This document shows, piece after piece, positions 26,198 through 27,987 of a stretch of 27,987 nucleotides of DNA (positions are counted from its first letter, which is position 1; each line of letters starts with the position of its first letter). The notes under the pieces are model-generated. The model had not been told where the DNA came from. It did no database searches and was given only the letters and a program-made list of their open reading frames with translations. The DNA is from a virus. Taxonomy: Duplodnaviria; Caudoviricetes. Where the stretch lies: positions 1 through 27,987 of the IMG/VR virus record IMGVR_UViG_3300009684_000137. One strand, 5' to 3'. Made by a program: the position numbers and the translations under genes.

Positions 26198-27071
26198 ATG
26201 TGAGAGTTTTTGTAAAGTTTAAAAATTTATCTGTGATTTTGCCGCCAGCGGCATATTGATGACCTCCACCATCACACAATAACTCTGCTAACTTAGCTAA
26301 GTTAATGTCACAAGTATCTTTATTTTTTCTTATAGAAATGGTTTGTGTGTTTAACATCACTATAAATACAATATCAGCTTTGAATTTCTTTAAAGCTTGA
26401 TGAGCAACTTCATTAATACCGAAGTCCGCAGTACAGCTAATTACTTTATAACCCTTGAGTGTGCCTGAGTAATATTCCGCTCGTTCAAGCTGATCTTTCA
26501 GCTTATTAAAGTATAGCTTAATGGCATTTTGCTCTTGTATGTTGAAAGGTACAAATCCTTCTTCGTATCTACTAATAAACTTATCAACCTTAGGTTTGTT
26601 AAAGTTATGATACACAGCATTTAACTTTAGCGTTTCGCTAAAATTTAGTTGGTAAGAATCGTAGTCGTTTACTATATCAAATAGTGCCTGTAATTCGAGA
26701 CTAATGTTTGATAAAACTTTACTAAAACGTTCTTGTATTAATTTAACACACGATGGATATGTCTTAATGCATACAGAAGCTATCTTGTACCTATCTTTTA
26801 CTTCTAGATGAGAAGAATGATGATCAATAACAACAACCTTCTTTTTATCCACGTGAGGTATTAGCTTATCAGGTACAAATAAATCAGTAATGAAAATTAA
26901 ATCATATTGATCGTAATTAGCGTCAATCCACGCTTTAAAATAACCGATTAACTCGTAATCACTTACCTCTCTAATATAGATTTCTTCAGCTTTATTTTTA
27001 TAGACGTGTCTAAGTGCTAGAGCAGAGCATGCTCCATCTAAATCATTATCTGTCCATATAGCAATCTTCAC
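26187..27071 (-). CDS. DHH/DHHA1 family phosphoesterase (probable start GTG 27071)
   Basis: WTDNDLDG, FITDL, VIDHH, VNDYD and GGGHQYAAGG: the full DHH and DHHA1 motif set. Confidence 0.9.
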   Translation of the reverse strand: MKIAIWTDNDLDGACSALALRHVYKNKAEEIYIREVSDYELIGYFKAWIDANYDQYDLIFITDLFVPDKLIPHVDKKKVVVIDHHSSHLEVKDRYKIASVCIKTYPSCVKLIQERFSKVLSNISLELQALFDIVNDYDSYQLNFSETLKLNAVYHNFNKPKVDKFISRYEEGFVPFNIQEQNAIKLYFNKLKDQLERAEYYSGTLKGYKVISCTADFGINEVAHQALKKFKADIVFIVMLNTQTISIRKNKDTCDINLAKLAELLCDGGGHQYAAGGKITDKFLNFTKTLTYVH

Positions 27072-27076
27072 ATGCA

Positions 27077-27084
27077 TATTTATA
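27077..27084 (-). promoter_or_regulatory. T4 late promoter TATAAATA
   Basis: Perfect consensus on the minus strand, ending 5 nt before GTG 27071 and overlapping the ORF-track ATG at 27077. Confidence 0.7.
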
Positions 27085-27087
27085 CCA

Positions 27088-27837
27088 CTATTTTAAATAA
27101 TCAATAACACCCAATTCTTTATGTATTATATTAATTGGTTTTTGTGTATTTTTATACATTGTACTTAATTCTACAAACTTACAATACTCTGACCACTTAG
27201 GTATTATTTCGTAACATGAATCAACACTATATTCTTTATTACATTTTACAGCTTCATTAGTCATATCATGCTCTGTACTATACGTAGCATGGTAGTTTAT
27301 CCCTCCCCAGTTGTACACATAATCTATATTGTTTTCATCTTTTTGATTAAACTTATTATCAATTCTATTGTAAAAGTCTACATCTTCACCTTTTGTTATA
27401 TCAGCATAACCACCACATCTAGCCCAACCTTCTCGCTTGAGAGAACCAGCGCTACTCGAACAACCAGAAACATAGAACTTGTCTTGCGTTACATAATATG
27501 CTGCTGTGTTCCAGTAAAAAAATGCATCAGGGTGACTAATGTGAAATTTTACGTGATTTGATATACGACTAGGTAGAAAAATATCATCATCATCATAATG
27601 CATATATAAATCGTAATGACCAAACGAAACACCTATATTACGCTTACTACCTAATGTTATTTTTTTTGTTAGATTTAATACATGAACATTTTCAATATCA
27701 CATGTTAACTGTACATTTTTATCATCGTTAATAAAAATCAACTCTTTATCGGTGTGATCTTGATCTAAGAAACTTGCTAAAACTCTACCTAATAAAGGTA
27801 GTCTACCGTAAGTTGGGCATATTACTAATACTTTCAT
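27088..27837 (-). CDS. Glycosyltransferase family 2
   Basis: VLVICPTYGR, IFINDD, KRNIG, HYDDDDIFLPSRI (DxD) and GGY...GEDVDF. Confidence 0.9.
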   Translation of the reverse strand: MKVLVICPTYGRLPLLGRVLASFLDQDHTDKELIFINDDKNVQLTCDIENVHVLNLTKKITLGSKRNIGVSFGHYDLYMHYDDDDIFLPSRISNHVKFHISHPDAFFYWNTAAYYVTQDKFYVSGCSSSAGSLKREGWARCGGYADITKGEDVDFYNRIDNKFNQKDENNIDYVYNWGGINYHATYSTEHDMTNEAVKCNKEYSVDSCYEIIPKWSEYCKFVELSTMYKNTQKPINIIHKELGVIDYLK

Positions 27838-27847
27838 ATTTTATTAA

Positions 27848-27987
27848 TTAAACATCGTGTTTTATAATTTTATCATGATAAATGTCAGTAGCTTCACTAT
27901 TATTCACGAACCACTTGGAAGGGAAATAAGATGTTTTATTGCCAATCAAAGCAGCCCACCAAGAAAAAGTGGAGTTGCTGCCGACTA
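27848..27987 (-). CDS. Glycosyltransferase family 11 (alpha-1,2-fucosyltransferase-like), C-terminal fragment; not in the ORF track
   Basis: The minus strand translates VGSNSTFSWWAALIGNKTSYFPSKWF...KHDV*. SNSTFSWWAA and P.KWF are GT11 signatures. Confidence 0.85.
   Translation of the reverse strand, partial: VGSNSTFSWWAALIGNKTSYFPSKWFVNNSEATDIYHDKIIKHDV

Noticed and set aside
800-27561. Short antisense or nested ORFs (800-994, 2754-3029, 7793-7993, 8873-9067, 12663-12938, 13847-14125, 14521-14721, 16069-16260, 17279-17729, 18461-18676, 19146-19343, 19685-19927, 20981-21184, 22195-22401, 22915-23103, 24080-24286, 24573-24818, 27268-27561)
   Set aside because: All overlap longer, better-supported genes and show no motifs.
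1-27987. Stop-codon reassignment (alternative genetic code)
   Set aside because: Core genes are full length in the standard code, coding density is near complete, and TAA, TGA and TAG all end genes (e.g. TAG at 20041 and 27088).
1-27987. tRNA, rRNA, introns, inteins, homing endonucleases or transposases
   Set aside because: Apart from 6313-6479 there is no intergenic space large enough, and I saw no cloverleaf, splicing, LAGLIDADG/HNH/GIY-YIG or DDE motifs.

Overview
This is a densely coding, AT-rich segment of a large T4-like (myovirus) phage genome, read in the standard genetic code. Bases 1-19372 (+ strand) form a late/virion module: gp25 and gp6 baseplate wedge genes, a gp7-like PKD protein, several large baseplate/fibre proteins (one with a mucin-like Pro/Thr/Gly/Cys repeat region), two tandem Mtd-N-type fibre genes, an L-type-lectin-like gene and a late glycosyltransferase. 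Bases 19369-27987 (mostly - strand) form a replication module (gp61 primase, RNase H/FEN, gp45 clamp, gp32 SSB, a probable gp59 and a DHH phosphoesterase) followed by a GT2 gene and a partial GT11 gene. Four observations stand out. (1) The late glycosyltransferase carries the DxH, GGE and distal-His motifs of polypeptide GalNAc-transferases and lies in the same module as a mucin-like virion domain, suggesting a phage-encoded virion O-glycosylation system. (2) Nine TAAATA late-promoter cores sit exactly 5-6 nt before start codons with no Shine-Dalgarno, implying leaderless late mRNAs. (3) A conserved structural gene appears to have been split by a ~3.2 kb variable insert that includes a decayed coding remnant. 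All family assignments come from motif recognition by eye; no database searches were run. (4) The gene 32 leader is a G-free, A-rich tract resembling the T4 autoregulatory operator.
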